Assembly: GCA_937900965.1 (NCBI GenBank)
Contig: CALCGJ010000247.1
Coordinates: forward strand, 752 to 64,751
Origin: an uncultured Bacteroidota bacterium
Lineage (GTDB): Bacteria > Bacteroidota > Bacteroidia > Bacteroidales > FEN-979
Length of the DNA stretch: 64,000 nt
Direction: 5' to 3'
Part shown: piece by piece, positions 7,909 through 16,292 of the stretch
Numbering within the stretch: the stretch's first letter is position 1
Layout of the letters: each line of letters begins with the position of its first letter
Program-made: the position numbers and the translations under genes
The notes under the pieces: generated by a model
The model's database searches: none
What the model was told of the DNA's origin: nothing
The model's input: only the letters and a program-made list of their open reading frames with translations

Positions 7909-8017
7909 TGGGGAGTTCGCAGTGGGCAGTGAGCAGTTGGCAGTTGGTAGTTGGCAATGGGCAGTGGGCAGTGGGCAGAACCATAATTCGTAGTTCGCAA
8001 ATCGTACTCCGTAGTTT
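7906..8017. repeat. heptamer tandem array, CAGTGGG family, about 16 in-phase units
   Basis: Read directly from the sequence: TAGTGGG GAGTTCG CAGTGGG CAGTGAG CAGTTGG CAGTTGG TAGTTGG CAATGGG CAGTGGG CAGTGGG CAGAACC, then decaying units. The array starts on the TAG stop at 7906-7908. Confidence 0.95.
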
Positions 8018-8029
8018 TATTTGAAGTGT

Positions 8030-8037
8030 TACCTTTG
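8030..8037 (+). promoter_or_regulatory. TAnnTTTG box (TACCTTTG)
   Basis: Perfect motif ending 19 nt upstream of the ATG at 8057. Confidence 0.5.
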
Positions 8038-8056
8038 TCCCAAAGAATTTCACCGC

Positions 8057-8941
8057 ATGCGATTCTCGTTACGACTGATGATCTGGATCCTGACTATTAC
8101 GCCTTTCCGGCTCTTTTACGGGATATCTACGTTTGTTTACCTGATCATGTATTTTATCCTGGGATATAGAAAAGAGGTGGTTTATAAAAACCTACGGAAT
8201 GCCTTCCCGGATAAATCGGAAGCCGAACTAAAGTATATTAAACAGGAGTTTTATAAACACCTGGCCGATTACCTGGTGGAAGCTGTTGCAAATTTCCATA
8301 TGAAAATCAGCGACTTTGACGCCAGGTACAAACTGACCAACATCGAGATCCTGGATAAATATGCCAGTGAAGGGGTCAACGTTATACTTGCACCCGGACA
8401 CTACGGCAACTGGGAGTGGGTCTCTTACCTCGTACTCAAAATCAATTTCACATGTGTTGCCATTTACAAAGAGCAATCCAACAAGTTTGTTGATGACCTG
8501 ATCCTTCATTCAAGGGGAAAATACGGACTCCTGCTGCACAAATACCACGATGCTTACAAATATTTGCTTAACAACGAGGACCCAACACCGCTTTGCCTCT
8601 ATTTCGCTGCCGACCAGCGCCCTTCAAAAAATGCGAAGGTTCCCTGGGTGAACTTTTTAAACCAGCCAACCGCCGCTTTTCGTGGTCTTGACAGCCTTCA
8701 CAGAAAGACAAAAGGGGTTGTTCTCTATGTACATAACCGAAAAGTGAAACGCGGCTTTTATGAAGTGGAATTCCGTCCCCTTAACAAGCCCGGGGAAGTT
8801 AATATGGTTCCGGATCTTACCAACCGCTATTTTAAGGCGCTGGAGGATAACATAAAAGAGGATCCCCGGTTTTACCTCTGGTCGCATAACCGGTGGAAAT
8901 TTACACCTCCTGCTGAAGCGACATCAACGAATGAAACATAA
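8057..8941 (+). CDS. LpxL/HtrB-family (lipid A-type lauroyl) acyltransferase
   Basis: I chose the ATG at 8057. The track start at 8021 is a TTG upstream of the promoter box. The protein has an N-terminal TM, GYRKEVVYKNLRNAFPDKS, and the HYGNWEW active-site-type motif typical of this family. Confidence 0.8.
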   Translation: MRFSLRLMIWILTITPFRLFYGISTFVYLIMYFILGYRKEVVYKNLRNAFPDKSEAELKYIKQEFYKHLADYLVEAVANFHMKISDFDARYKLTNIEILDKYASEGVNVILAPGHYGNWEWVSYLVLKINFTCVAIYKEQSNKFVDDLILHSRGKYGLLLHKYHDAYKYLLNNEDPTPLCLYFAADQRPSKNAKVPWVNFLNQPTAAFRGLDSLHRKTKGVVLYVHNRKVKRGFYEVEFRPLNKPGEVNMVPDLTNRYFKALEDNIKEDPRFYLWSHNRWKFTPPAEATSTNET

Positions 8942-10034
8942 GTCACAACAACCCTCTTTACCACCACGATGGATTGTCAATGCCATCCAGGGGATCAGAT
9001 CCGCATTACTTGCAATGCATGAGAGAATGTTTCCCGGAAATGTGGTCTTATATGAGAAATTCCAATATTTTTACCTGCTCCCATCCCTCTTTGTAGCTGC
9101 AGAACTCAACATTGCATCACTGGTCAAGCATGGGACAAAAAAGGTGACTGATCTTGCCCGGGAGTCAGGTACTGATGAAAAAAGCCTCTATCGAGTGCTA
9201 AGGGTCCTGGCCTCCAATGGCATATTTCGTGAGAGCAGTGATCGGAGTTTCTCAAATACCAGATTATCAGCACCTTTAATGGATGGAGATGGATCATTGC
9301 GTCATATGCTAATGCATCATCTGGGTCCATTGAACTGGCAAATTACCGGCGACCTTCTCGAGACAGTCAAAACCGGTAATGATGGGTTCAACAGGAGGTA
9401 CGGTAAGAATATCTATGAATACCTCTCCGGTGATGCCGACAGTTATGCGGTATTTGATCAGTCAATGACAGATCTTTCCTCCCTGGGGATGGCTCCTCTT
9501 CTTCAGGCTTACGATTTCTCAACCATCACAACCCTGGCAGATATTGGTGGCGGAGAGGGATTTCTGTTGGCAAGTATCCTCCTCACCTACCCTTCTATCA
9601 AGGGTATTTTGTTCGATCTACCCGTAGCTCTCAAAAATTCGGAAGATACGCTGAAAGCATATGGTGTGTATGATAGGGTGACCAGGACTGAAGGAAATTT
9701 CATGGAATCTGTTCCCCGGGGAGCTGATGGATACCTCCTCAAACATATTCTGCACAACTGGAACGACACACATTGCATCACTATCCTGTCAAACATCCGG
9801 AAAGTATTACCCGTTAATGGGAAGGTTATCATCATAGAGATGATTGTACCTCCCGGGAATAAGCCCTCGATTGCCAAGATGATTGACATTCAGATGCTCA
9901 CCTCCATGCCCGGTGGGAAAGAACGAACCCGTGAGGAATTTGAAGCATTGTTGATCCAATCCGGACTTTATCTTCGATGTTTACATTCAACAATTGCACC
10001 TATCTCCATTATAGAAGCACAACAGAATAGCTAA
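8931..10034 (+). CDS. class I SAM-dependent O-methyltransferase (Methyltransf_2 type with N-terminal dimerisation domain)
   Basis: 367 aa with the SAM motif LADIGGGEGFL and DGYLLKHILHNW. It overlaps the previous gene by 11 nt. Confidence 0.8.
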   Translation: MKHKSQQPSLPPRWIVNAIQGIRSALLAMHERMFPGNVVLYEKFQYFYLLPSLFVAAELNIASLVKHGTKKVTDLARESGTDEKSLYRVLRVLASNGIFRESSDRSFSNTRLSAPLMDGDGSLRHMLMHHLGPLNWQITGDLLETVKTGNDGFNRRYGKNIYEYLSGDADSYAVFDQSMTDLSSLGMAPLLQAYDFSTITTLADIGGGEGFLLASILLTYPSIKGILFDLPVALKNSEDTLKAYGVYDRVTRTEGNFMESVPRGADGYLLKHILHNWNDTHCITILSNIRKVLPVNGKVIIIEMIVPPGNKPSIAKMIDIQMLTSMPGGKERTREEFEALLIQSGLYLRCLHSTIAPISIIEAQQNS

Positions 10035-10039
10035 CTTTG
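10032..10039 (+). promoter_or_regulatory. TAnnTTTG match (TAACTTTG) overlapping the TAA stop
   Basis: Perfect motif ending 4 nt before the ATG at 10044. It may be coincidental, because the flanking genes are only 9 nt apart. Confidence 0.2.
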
Positions 10040-10043
10040 CCCC

Positions 10044-11210
10044 ATGCGAAAACTTCAGGCAGGATTTTGGAAAGAGTGGCTTATTCTGGTTAGGGACCTC
10101 CCCGGTCTTGGGATTCTTTTTCTGATGCCTGTCCTGTTGATTCTTGTCGTGACAATGGCTCAGGAGAATGCCTTAAAAAGCCAGGTGGAAAAAAGTACCA
10201 TTCTCATCTCCAGTCCTCCGGGATCTGTTCTTGGAAAGCAGGTAATCATTGATTTTGAGGCTTCAGGGATGTTCAGGATCGCTGATGAGGCAGCTAGCAG
10301 AGAGGTTCTGTATGAAGCAATCAGAACAGGTCAGATTCCTCTTGGGATAATTGTTGCACAGGGAGATACAGCCATCACTCTTGTTATCGATCCAACCCTT
10401 CATGAAATATATAAAACCACCCTGGTCACTGCTGCCAACTTCATCCTCAAAGGGGCCGGTGGAAAAGTCATCATGCAACAGCTAATGGCAGCCAGTCAAC
10501 CGGGCACACCGGTACTTTCTTCTGAAAATTTTCTAAAGATGGCACCACCTGTTTACCATCAGCAGGCTGTTAAAGAACGTTCAACGATCAAACCCACACC
10601 TGTCCAGAACAACATCCCAGGATTTGTTCTTTTTGCCATGTTTTTTATTGTTATTCCATTATCCGGCAGTGTGATCAGTGAAAAAAACGAAGGTGCCAGT
10701 TTTCGGCTCAGGACTTTACCTGTCCCACTGTGGACAATTCTTGGAGCAAAAGTCCTTCTATACCTGCTGGTTTGCATAGTGCAGTTTCTGTTGATGATGC
10801 TGATCGGATACTATCTGTTGCACCTTATGCTTGGTTTTCCGATGTTGGAGATGGGGTCTGATTTCCTTGCATTGACAATTGCAACCATTACTGCAGCCCT
10901 CGGTGCAGTCGGGTTTGGATTGTTGGTTGGGTCAGTCTCACGAACCCATAGCCAGGCAGCCCTTTTCGGGTCTGTTATGGTCGTAATTCTTGGTATCATC
11001 AGTGGTACCTTTCTTCCAATACACATGATGCCAAAGGCGATTCGGATCATTGGTTCTTTCTCCCCTATCCGTTGGGGTATCGATAATTATCTGGAGCTGT
11101 TTATCCGTGATGGCACCGTGCTAGATATCCTTCCCAGAGCCCTTTGGTTACTTTTGTTTTTTATCTTTGCAATGCTGATCAGCATGCTGATTATTGCAAA
11201 ACGGAACTAA
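10044..11210 (+). CDS. ABC-2 type transporter permease
   Basis: 388 aa with one N-terminal TM, a large loop of about 150 aa, and then 5 TM helices. This is the typical ABC2_membrane architecture. No cognate ATPase gene is present in the window. Confidence 0.75.
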   Translation: MRKLQAGFWKEWLILVRDLPGLGILFLMPVLLILVVTMAQENALKSQVEKSTILISSPPGSVLGKQVIIDFEASGMFRIADEAASREVLYEAIRTGQIPLGIIVAQGDTAITLVIDPTLHEIYKTTLVTAANFILKGAGGKVIMQQLMAASQPGTPVLSSENFLKMAPPVYHQQAVKERSTIKPTPVQNNIPGFVLFAMFFIVIPLSGSVISEKNEGASFRLRTLPVPLWTILGAKVLLYLLVCIVQFLLMMLIGYYLLHLMLGFPMLEMGSDFLALTIATITAALGAVGFGLLVGSVSRTHSQAALFGSVMVVILGIISGTFLPIHMMPKAIRIIGSFSPIRWGIDNYLELFIRDGTVLDILPRALWLLLFFIFAMLISMLIIAKRN

Positions 11211-11223
11211 CGAAAAAGAGGGT

Positions 11224-11643
11224 ATGAAAGAGAAAGAGGGCTTTGTCGATTGTCCGGAACAGCAGATGATCCTGTATGTTGAGAAAGAAGACGGACATTA
11301 TGGTCCAATGCAAACCGGTTCTTACATCACGAAAAATTACATCGACGATTACTTCACCAAACGGAATAACCTGGTCATATCTCTCAGGGAGCAAATCAAC
11401 AGGCGGGAAATTAGCCCGGTGAAATTTTTTATGATATTTGAGGACCTGACCATCAATGAGTTATCGGCAAGAACCCATATCCCGTTGAGAAAAATCAAGA
11501 AACACATGCTCCCTGGTCACTTTGAACAGCTCCCCGAAGATATACTCAACCGGTATGCTGCTGTCTTTAACGTCACAATTGAACAGCTATTAAAAGCTGA
11601 CCCCGGAACTGAACTGCAGAACGCTGAAGCTACAAAACCATGA
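11224..11643 (+). CDS. hypothetical protein with a C-terminal XRE-like helix-turn-helix
   Basis: I chose the ATG at 11224. The track start at 11194 overlaps the permease gene. The HTH-like segment is LTINELSARTHIPLRKIKKHM...AAVFNVTIEQLL. Confidence 0.5.
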   Translation: MKEKEGFVDCPEQQMILYVEKEDGHYGPMQTGSYITKNYIDDYFTKRNNLVISLREQINRREISPVKFFMIFEDLTINELSARTHIPLRKIKKHMLPGHFEQLPEDILNRYAAVFNVTIEQLLKADPGTELQNAEATKP

Positions 11644-12647
11644 CGTCGATCCCTTTCAGCCATAAAATGGGTGCCCACTGTGAATCCGGCACAGTCACTT
11701 CTCTTCTGAATCATGCAGGACTCACGATTTCTGAACCTATGGTATTCGGTATCGCCAGCGGTATCTTTTTCGGCTATTTCCATAAGCATAAATCCTTTAC
11801 GTTCCCCACTTTTATCGTCAGAAACCGACCGGGTGATATACGAAAGAATATTCGTAAACGGCTTGGAGTAGAGTTTCAAACCTACTCATTCAAACGGGAG
11901 CAAGATGGGATTGCGAAACTGGATGAGCTGTTGACCAGGGGAATCCCTGTTGCTTCACAGGTTGACTTTTACTATATGGATTACGTCCCCAGCTGGGAAA
12001 GGGCGCATGTAAATGTCCATTTCATGGTAGTGATCGGGAAAGAGGGAGCGGAATACATCATCAGCGACAGTTACTTCCCAAAGCCGGAAAGACTTAACGA
12101 AGAGTCACTTCGCAGAGGCCGGTTTGCTGGTGGGAACATGTCTCCAAAAGGATTTCTTTTCTTTCCGCAGGATGTACCCAATGAAGTGGATTTGAAGAAG
12201 CCAATCCTTAAAGGGATACAGAAAGCCTGTTTTAACATGCTCAAAATCCCGGTTCCTTTCGTTGGTATCAAAGGAATCAGGCTTTTTGCCAAACGGGTGG
12301 TTGACTGGCCAAAGTTTGCAAGAGATACTGAGCATCTCTCTCATGAAGTGATGAAGATCAATATTTTGCTGGAAGACCAGGGAACAGGTGGTGCAGGATT
12401 CAGGTTTATGTATGCCACCTTTCTCCAGCAAGCAGCTGAAATTGTTAACAAGCCCGGGTTGAAGGATCTCTCCTCGGAATTGATGATTATTGGCGACGGA
12501 TGGAGAGAGATATCCCTTTTTGCAGCAAGGATAGGTAAAAACCGGGATCTGGGTCCCGAAAAGATGAAAGAGCTGAGCGAAATGATCATGGAAAGAGCGC
12601 AGGTTGAGGAGGAGTTTTTTAAAAAATTAAAACAGAGCATTAAATAA
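11640..12647 (+). CDS. BtrH N-terminal domain / DUF4872-type protein (papain-like, ACP-dependent acyl-transfer family)
   Basis: 335 aa. The N-terminal segment HCESGTVTSLLNHAGLTISEPMVFGIASGIFFGYF matches the BtrH_N signature as I recall it. An ATGA start/stop overlap links it to the previous gene. Confidence 0.7.
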   Translation: MTSIPFSHKMGAHCESGTVTSLLNHAGLTISEPMVFGIASGIFFGYFHKHKSFTFPTFIVRNRPGDIRKNIRKRLGVEFQTYSFKREQDGIAKLDELLTRGIPVASQVDFYYMDYVPSWERAHVNVHFMVVIGKEGAEYIISDSYFPKPERLNEESLRRGRFAGGNMSPKGFLFFPQDVPNEVDLKKPILKGIQKACFNMLKIPVPFVGIKGIRLFAKRVVDWPKFARDTEHLSHEVMKINILLEDQGTGGAGFRFMYATFLQQAAEIVNKPGLKDLSSELMIIGDGWREISLFAARIGKNRDLGPEKMKELSEMIMERAQVEEEFFKKLKQSIK

Positions 12648-12655
12648 AGACTACA

Positions 12656-12937
12656 ATGGCTATTGAACCAGGTGAAGAGTTAAAAATGGAGATTAAAACC
12701 CTGATCATGTCAACTCTCAATATAACGGATGTAGACCCAATGGATGTAGATGATAACGAACCTCTTTTTGGTGGTAAAAATGCTATGACCCTTGATTCGG
12801 TCGACGGAATTGAGATCATCATGGCACTTCAGAGGGAATACGGAGTCCGCTTAAACGATCAGAACTTAGCACGTAACATCATTCAGTCAATCAATAGTAT
12901 AGCGGAATTTGTCGCACATGAAAAAGCAGCTTCTTGA
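12656..12937 (+). CDS. acyl carrier protein (phosphopantetheine attachment site LDSVDGIE)
   Basis: 93 aa, acidic, with a DS motif followed by an amphipathic helix (IEIIMALQREYGV). Confidence 0.8.
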   Translation: MAIEPGEELKMEIKTLIMSTLNITDVDPMDVDDNEPLFGGKNAMTLDSVDGIEIIMALQREYGVRLNDQNLARNIIQSINSIAEFVAHEKAAS

Positions 12938-14022
12938 AAGATTCTTACCTCACGGCAGGGATTCGATTTAGGCCTCTGGTTCGGCTTCTCTCCCGAAATC
13001 ATGTTACCTGGACATTTCAAAATAGCGCCAGGGTACTTTTTTTACTGCAAAGTGCCTGCTGGTCTTCCCTTTTTTCCCGAATAGAATCTTATAGGTTTGG
13101 AGCTTCAATCAGGAAGACACAGATTCCAACAAATCCGATCTTCATTGTAGGCCACTGGCGTACAGGATCTACCCTGCTGCACCAGCTGATGGCATTGAAT
13201 CCGCAGCTTACAGCTCCGACGTTATTCCAGGTAGCCCTCCCCGATAACTTCCTGGTCTCCTATCGCTTCTATAAACCTATCCTTACATCGTTAATGGGTT
13301 CTACCAGGCCAATGGATAACGTGAAGATAGGTATGGATGAGCCCCAGGAAGATGAGTATGCAGTTTACCGGCTAACCACCCGGTCTCCATTGGAGCGCCT
13401 CATTTTTCCTGAAAAAAGCGGATACTTCCTAAAGAAAGCCCCATTTCTCCCACATGGAGAATCCTTGCAAGAGTGGGAAGATAGTTTGAAGCATTTTTAC
13501 AGGAAACTCTATTTTTTAACCGGAAATCAGATCGTATCTAAGAATCCATTTAACTCATTGAGGATCCCACTGCTTGCAAAATTATTTCCAGATGCAAGGT
13601 TCATTCATATCGTCAGGCATCCTTATGCAGTTGTTCCTTCGACACAACACTTATGGAAGGTGGTGCAAAAGCAAAACATCCTGAACCGGAATGACTACAG
13701 TCCTGATTTAGAAGAGATCTCGGAGTTTCTGCTCCACATGATGAGCACAATCAAGCATGAGTTCACACGGTTGCCCGGAGATCGGTGTACAGAGATCCGT
13801 TATGAAGATCTTTTGCTGGATCCGGTTGCAAATTTGAAAAAGCTATACAAGGAGCTTGATATGCCCTTTACAGATGACTTCGGGAAATTATTGAACCAAT
13901 ACACTCAATCTCTTTCAGGCTATACCAAAAACGTATACTCCCTGTCGGGTGAGGAGAAAAAGATGATTGCCGGCATTATGCGAAAGCAAATGGACCTGTT
14001 TGATTACTTCGAAAATCATTAA
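12934..14022 (+). CDS. sulfotransferase family protein
   Basis: 362 aa. The PAPS 5-prime-phosphosulfate loop-like motif is PIFIVGHWRTGSTLLHQLM. The start is a TTG overlapping the ACP stop. No ATG lies upstream of the motif. Confidence 0.75.
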   Translation: MKDSYLTAGIRFRPLVRLLSRNHVTWTFQNSARVLFLLQSACWSSLFSRIESYRFGASIRKTQIPTNPIFIVGHWRTGSTLLHQLMALNPQLTAPTLFQVALPDNFLVSYRFYKPILTSLMGSTRPMDNVKIGMDEPQEDEYAVYRLTTRSPLERLIFPEKSGYFLKKAPFLPHGESLQEWEDSLKHFYRKLYFLTGNQIVSKNPFNSLRIPLLAKLFPDARFIHIVRHPYAVVPSTQHLWKVVQKQNILNRNDYSPDLEEISEFLLHMMSTIKHEFTRLPGDRCTEIRYEDLLLDPVANLKKLYKELDMPFTDDFGKLLNQYTQSLSGYTKNVYSLSGEEKKMIAGIMRKQMDLFDYFENH

Positions 14023-14052
14023 CTTTACCCGATAAAGTTTAAAAGAATCCAT

Positions 14053-14748
14053 ATGAACCGAAAAACAGTTGTTCTAACCTATCTTTTGGTGCTATCCGGT
14101 GGGTTGATTTTCTCTCAGGCACAGGAACAAACACAAAGTAATCAACATACTGCCAATTATTCTAAACGCAACGCTATCCGCAGCGGGTTTTACCTGAAAA
14201 TTGGCCCGGTATTTCCCATAGGAACCTTTGCAACAGACAAAACCTTAGTTGATGTGGCTCCTTTTGACCCCGATATATCGGTTTTTCCTGCAGCCCGGAT
14301 CGGTGGGAACCTTGGGCTCGGATACCTGATCTATATTGGTCCGGCTATTGCCAACAACCACCTGAGGTTTGGGATTGATGCATGTTTTATCGATGCCTGG
14401 TTTGCTACATCCAAGCCGAATCTGCCTGCGAATTCGGATAAAAAAGAGACAGAGTTCTGGTATTTCTTCTTTGGTCAGAAGTTCGGCCCTTTAATCACAA
14501 TAAATCCTGTAGACAAATTGATGATTGACCTGAGTTACAAACTAAACTTCAATGTCAGCTGGCATAACAGCGATTGGGGCTACCAAATCACCGGACAAGA
14601 GTTAATGATGAATCTTCGCTACAGGATAATCGTTTTAGGTCTGCATTACACGATAGGGACTATAAACTACAATGATTTTGACAAAGAGAGACCTGTCCAC
14701 AATATCGGCATCAATACATTCAGGGTACTGATCGGCTTTAAGTTTTAA
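14053..14748 (+). CDS. putative outer-membrane beta-barrel protein
   Basis: 231 aa with a signal peptide, alternating hydrophobic beta-strand pattern and a C-terminal aromatic residue (LIGFKF). Confidence 0.5.
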   Translation: MNRKTVVLTYLLVLSGGLIFSQAQEQTQSNQHTANYSKRNAIRSGFYLKIGPVFPIGTFATDKTLVDVAPFDPDISVFPAARIGGNLGLGYLIYIGPAIANNHLRFGIDACFIDAWFATSKPNLPANSDKKETEFWYFFFGQKFGPLITINPVDKLMIDLSYKLNFNVSWHNSDWGYQITGQELMMNLRYRIIVLGLHYTIGTINYNDFDKERPVHNIGINTFRVLIGFKF

Positions 14749-14759
14749 CAATTACAGCA

Positions 14760-15902
14760 ATGAAACACTTATTACCATTATTTTTCGTATTTGTCGTTCA
14801 TACGACACTTTTTCCTCAGGGAACCAATTATGATTACAACCGGATTAAAATTGGTGAGGCACAGAACATTGTCTCCGGTTTGGCACTCTCTCCCGATACA
14901 GAAACCCTTGCTATTTCCAGTATTCAGAGCTTCCCTTTGTATCTTTTTGACTGGAAAAATCAAAACGTATCGGAGACTCTCAATGTAGGAAACTGGTACG
15001 CAGGATCTTCGATAAACTACTCTGCAAAAGGGACATATATTTTATTGAACCAACTATATTATATTGATTTTGCACCAAATAGAGACAGGGAGGTCAATTT
15101 TGAAATTGTTGATGTAAAAACCGGAAAGAGTGTAAAAAGATTTGAAGCGGTCCATTCAGTAAAAATCACCCCCGATGAGAAGTATATACTGGCATTGTCA
15201 GGAGATGAAGTAGGATTCTGGAACATTACTACACAAAACAAAGAAAAATCTTTTACGGTATCTGAAGCCGGCAATAGTATCGCAATAAGTCCTGATGGTA
15301 AGTTAATAGCAGTTTCACACCGTCTCTACGAAACTGATGCCAGGAAAATTCCTCTGTTACAACGTGATAAAAAAACGACGAAAAATGCTCTTAAATACAA
15401 ACAGCAGATTTCCGTTTTTGACGCATCGACATTCAAAAAGCTGTACACCATCAATGAGTTGTATGACATCATTTATAAATTGAATTTTAGTGAAGATGGT
15501 CAGCTCTTATTCTGTTTACACATCCCGCATACAAAAATACAGAACAATTCTGCTGTACGTCAAATGTATGTGAATGTGATTGATATGATCACCCATGAAC
15601 CAAAACGCAGGGGATTTACATCCATCGCTTTTTATGAGCCTGACTTCAAGTTAAGTCATGACGGAAAACTTTTCGGCATCATTTCCAAATCGAACCAGTT
15701 CCTGGAACTTCATATTTACGATTTAGAAAGCGGTAAAATGCTTTATCGTTTTCAGCAAAGTTATCGGCTTTTTGAAAAAAATGAAGGAGGTATGATTGCA
15801 TCTGATTCCCGTTCGTCCTTTGTTTTTTTGCCCGATAACGAATCGGTACTTATGACTATGGGTAACCACTTAATCCAATGGAATTATAAACCTAAAGAAT
15901 AA
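14760..15902 (+). CDS. secreted WD40-like beta-propeller repeat protein
   Basis: 380 aa with a signal peptide and repeated SPDxxxLAxS-type blades (LSPDTETLAIS, ITPDEKYILALS, ISPDGKLIAVS, FSEDGQLLF, LSHDGKLFG). Confidence 0.55.
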   Translation: MKHLLPLFFVFVVHTTLFPQGTNYDYNRIKIGEAQNIVSGLALSPDTETLAISSIQSFPLYLFDWKNQNVSETLNVGNWYAGSSINYSAKGTYILLNQLYYIDFAPNRDREVNFEIVDVKTGKSVKRFEAVHSVKITPDEKYILALSGDEVGFWNITTQNKEKSFTVSEAGNSIAISPDGKLIAVSHRLYETDARKIPLLQRDKKTTKNALKYKQQISVFDASTFKKLYTINELYDIIYKLNFSEDGQLLFCLHIPHTKIQNNSAVRQMYVNVIDMITHEPKRRGFTSIAFYEPDFKLSHDGKLFGIISKSNQFLELHIYDLESGKMLYRFQQSYRLFEKNEGGMIASDSRSSFVFLPDNESVLMTMGNHLIQWNYKPKE

Positions 15903-15906
15903 TTAA

Positions 15907-16269
15907 ATGAGACTCATTATTATTTTAATATCAATCTCCTTAACAACTACTATATTTGCACAGAAAAAACCTCTCATTGAATCAAGGGAGGAGGTCGAGA
16001 CCCTTGCCAAGAAAGAATTTGATCTGTCAATGACAGGCCCCGAAGGCGAACTCTATCTTTTTGGGGTAGCTAACAATTTGAAGGGGGAATACATTTTTAA
16101 AGTTACGTTGGGCGACAGGGGAAAAGTGACCACAGTATTTGTAATTAGCAGAGAGGGTGATGACATCCCATCCCAGAATAAACTTAAAGATGCAGTGAAA
16201 ACTTTCCGATTTAGCTTCAAACTACCAAAGAATAAGGACTATAGTTTCAACCATAAATTCAAATTTTAA
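15907..16269 (+). CDS. small secreted protein, unknown function
   Basis: 120 aa with a signal peptide. It starts 4 nt after the previous stop. Confidence 0.5.
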   Translation: MRLIIILISISLTTTIFAQKKPLIESREEVETLAKKEFDLSMTGPEGELYLFGVANNLKGEYIFKVTLGDRGKVTTVFVISREGDDIPSQNKLKDAVKTFRFSFKLPKNKDYSFNHKFKF

Positions 16270-16292
16270 TTCATAACCATAAAACTAATATC

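Noticed and set aside
7909-7975. G-quadruplex potential of the CAGTGGG array
   Set aside because: Only three consecutive GGG runs with short loops are present. A fourth run needs a 10-nt or longer loop, so a canonical G4 is not supported.
7686-8053. ORFs 7686-8024 (plus) and 7859-8053 (minus)
   Set aside because: Their open frames are created by the stop-poor CAGTGGG heptamer array.
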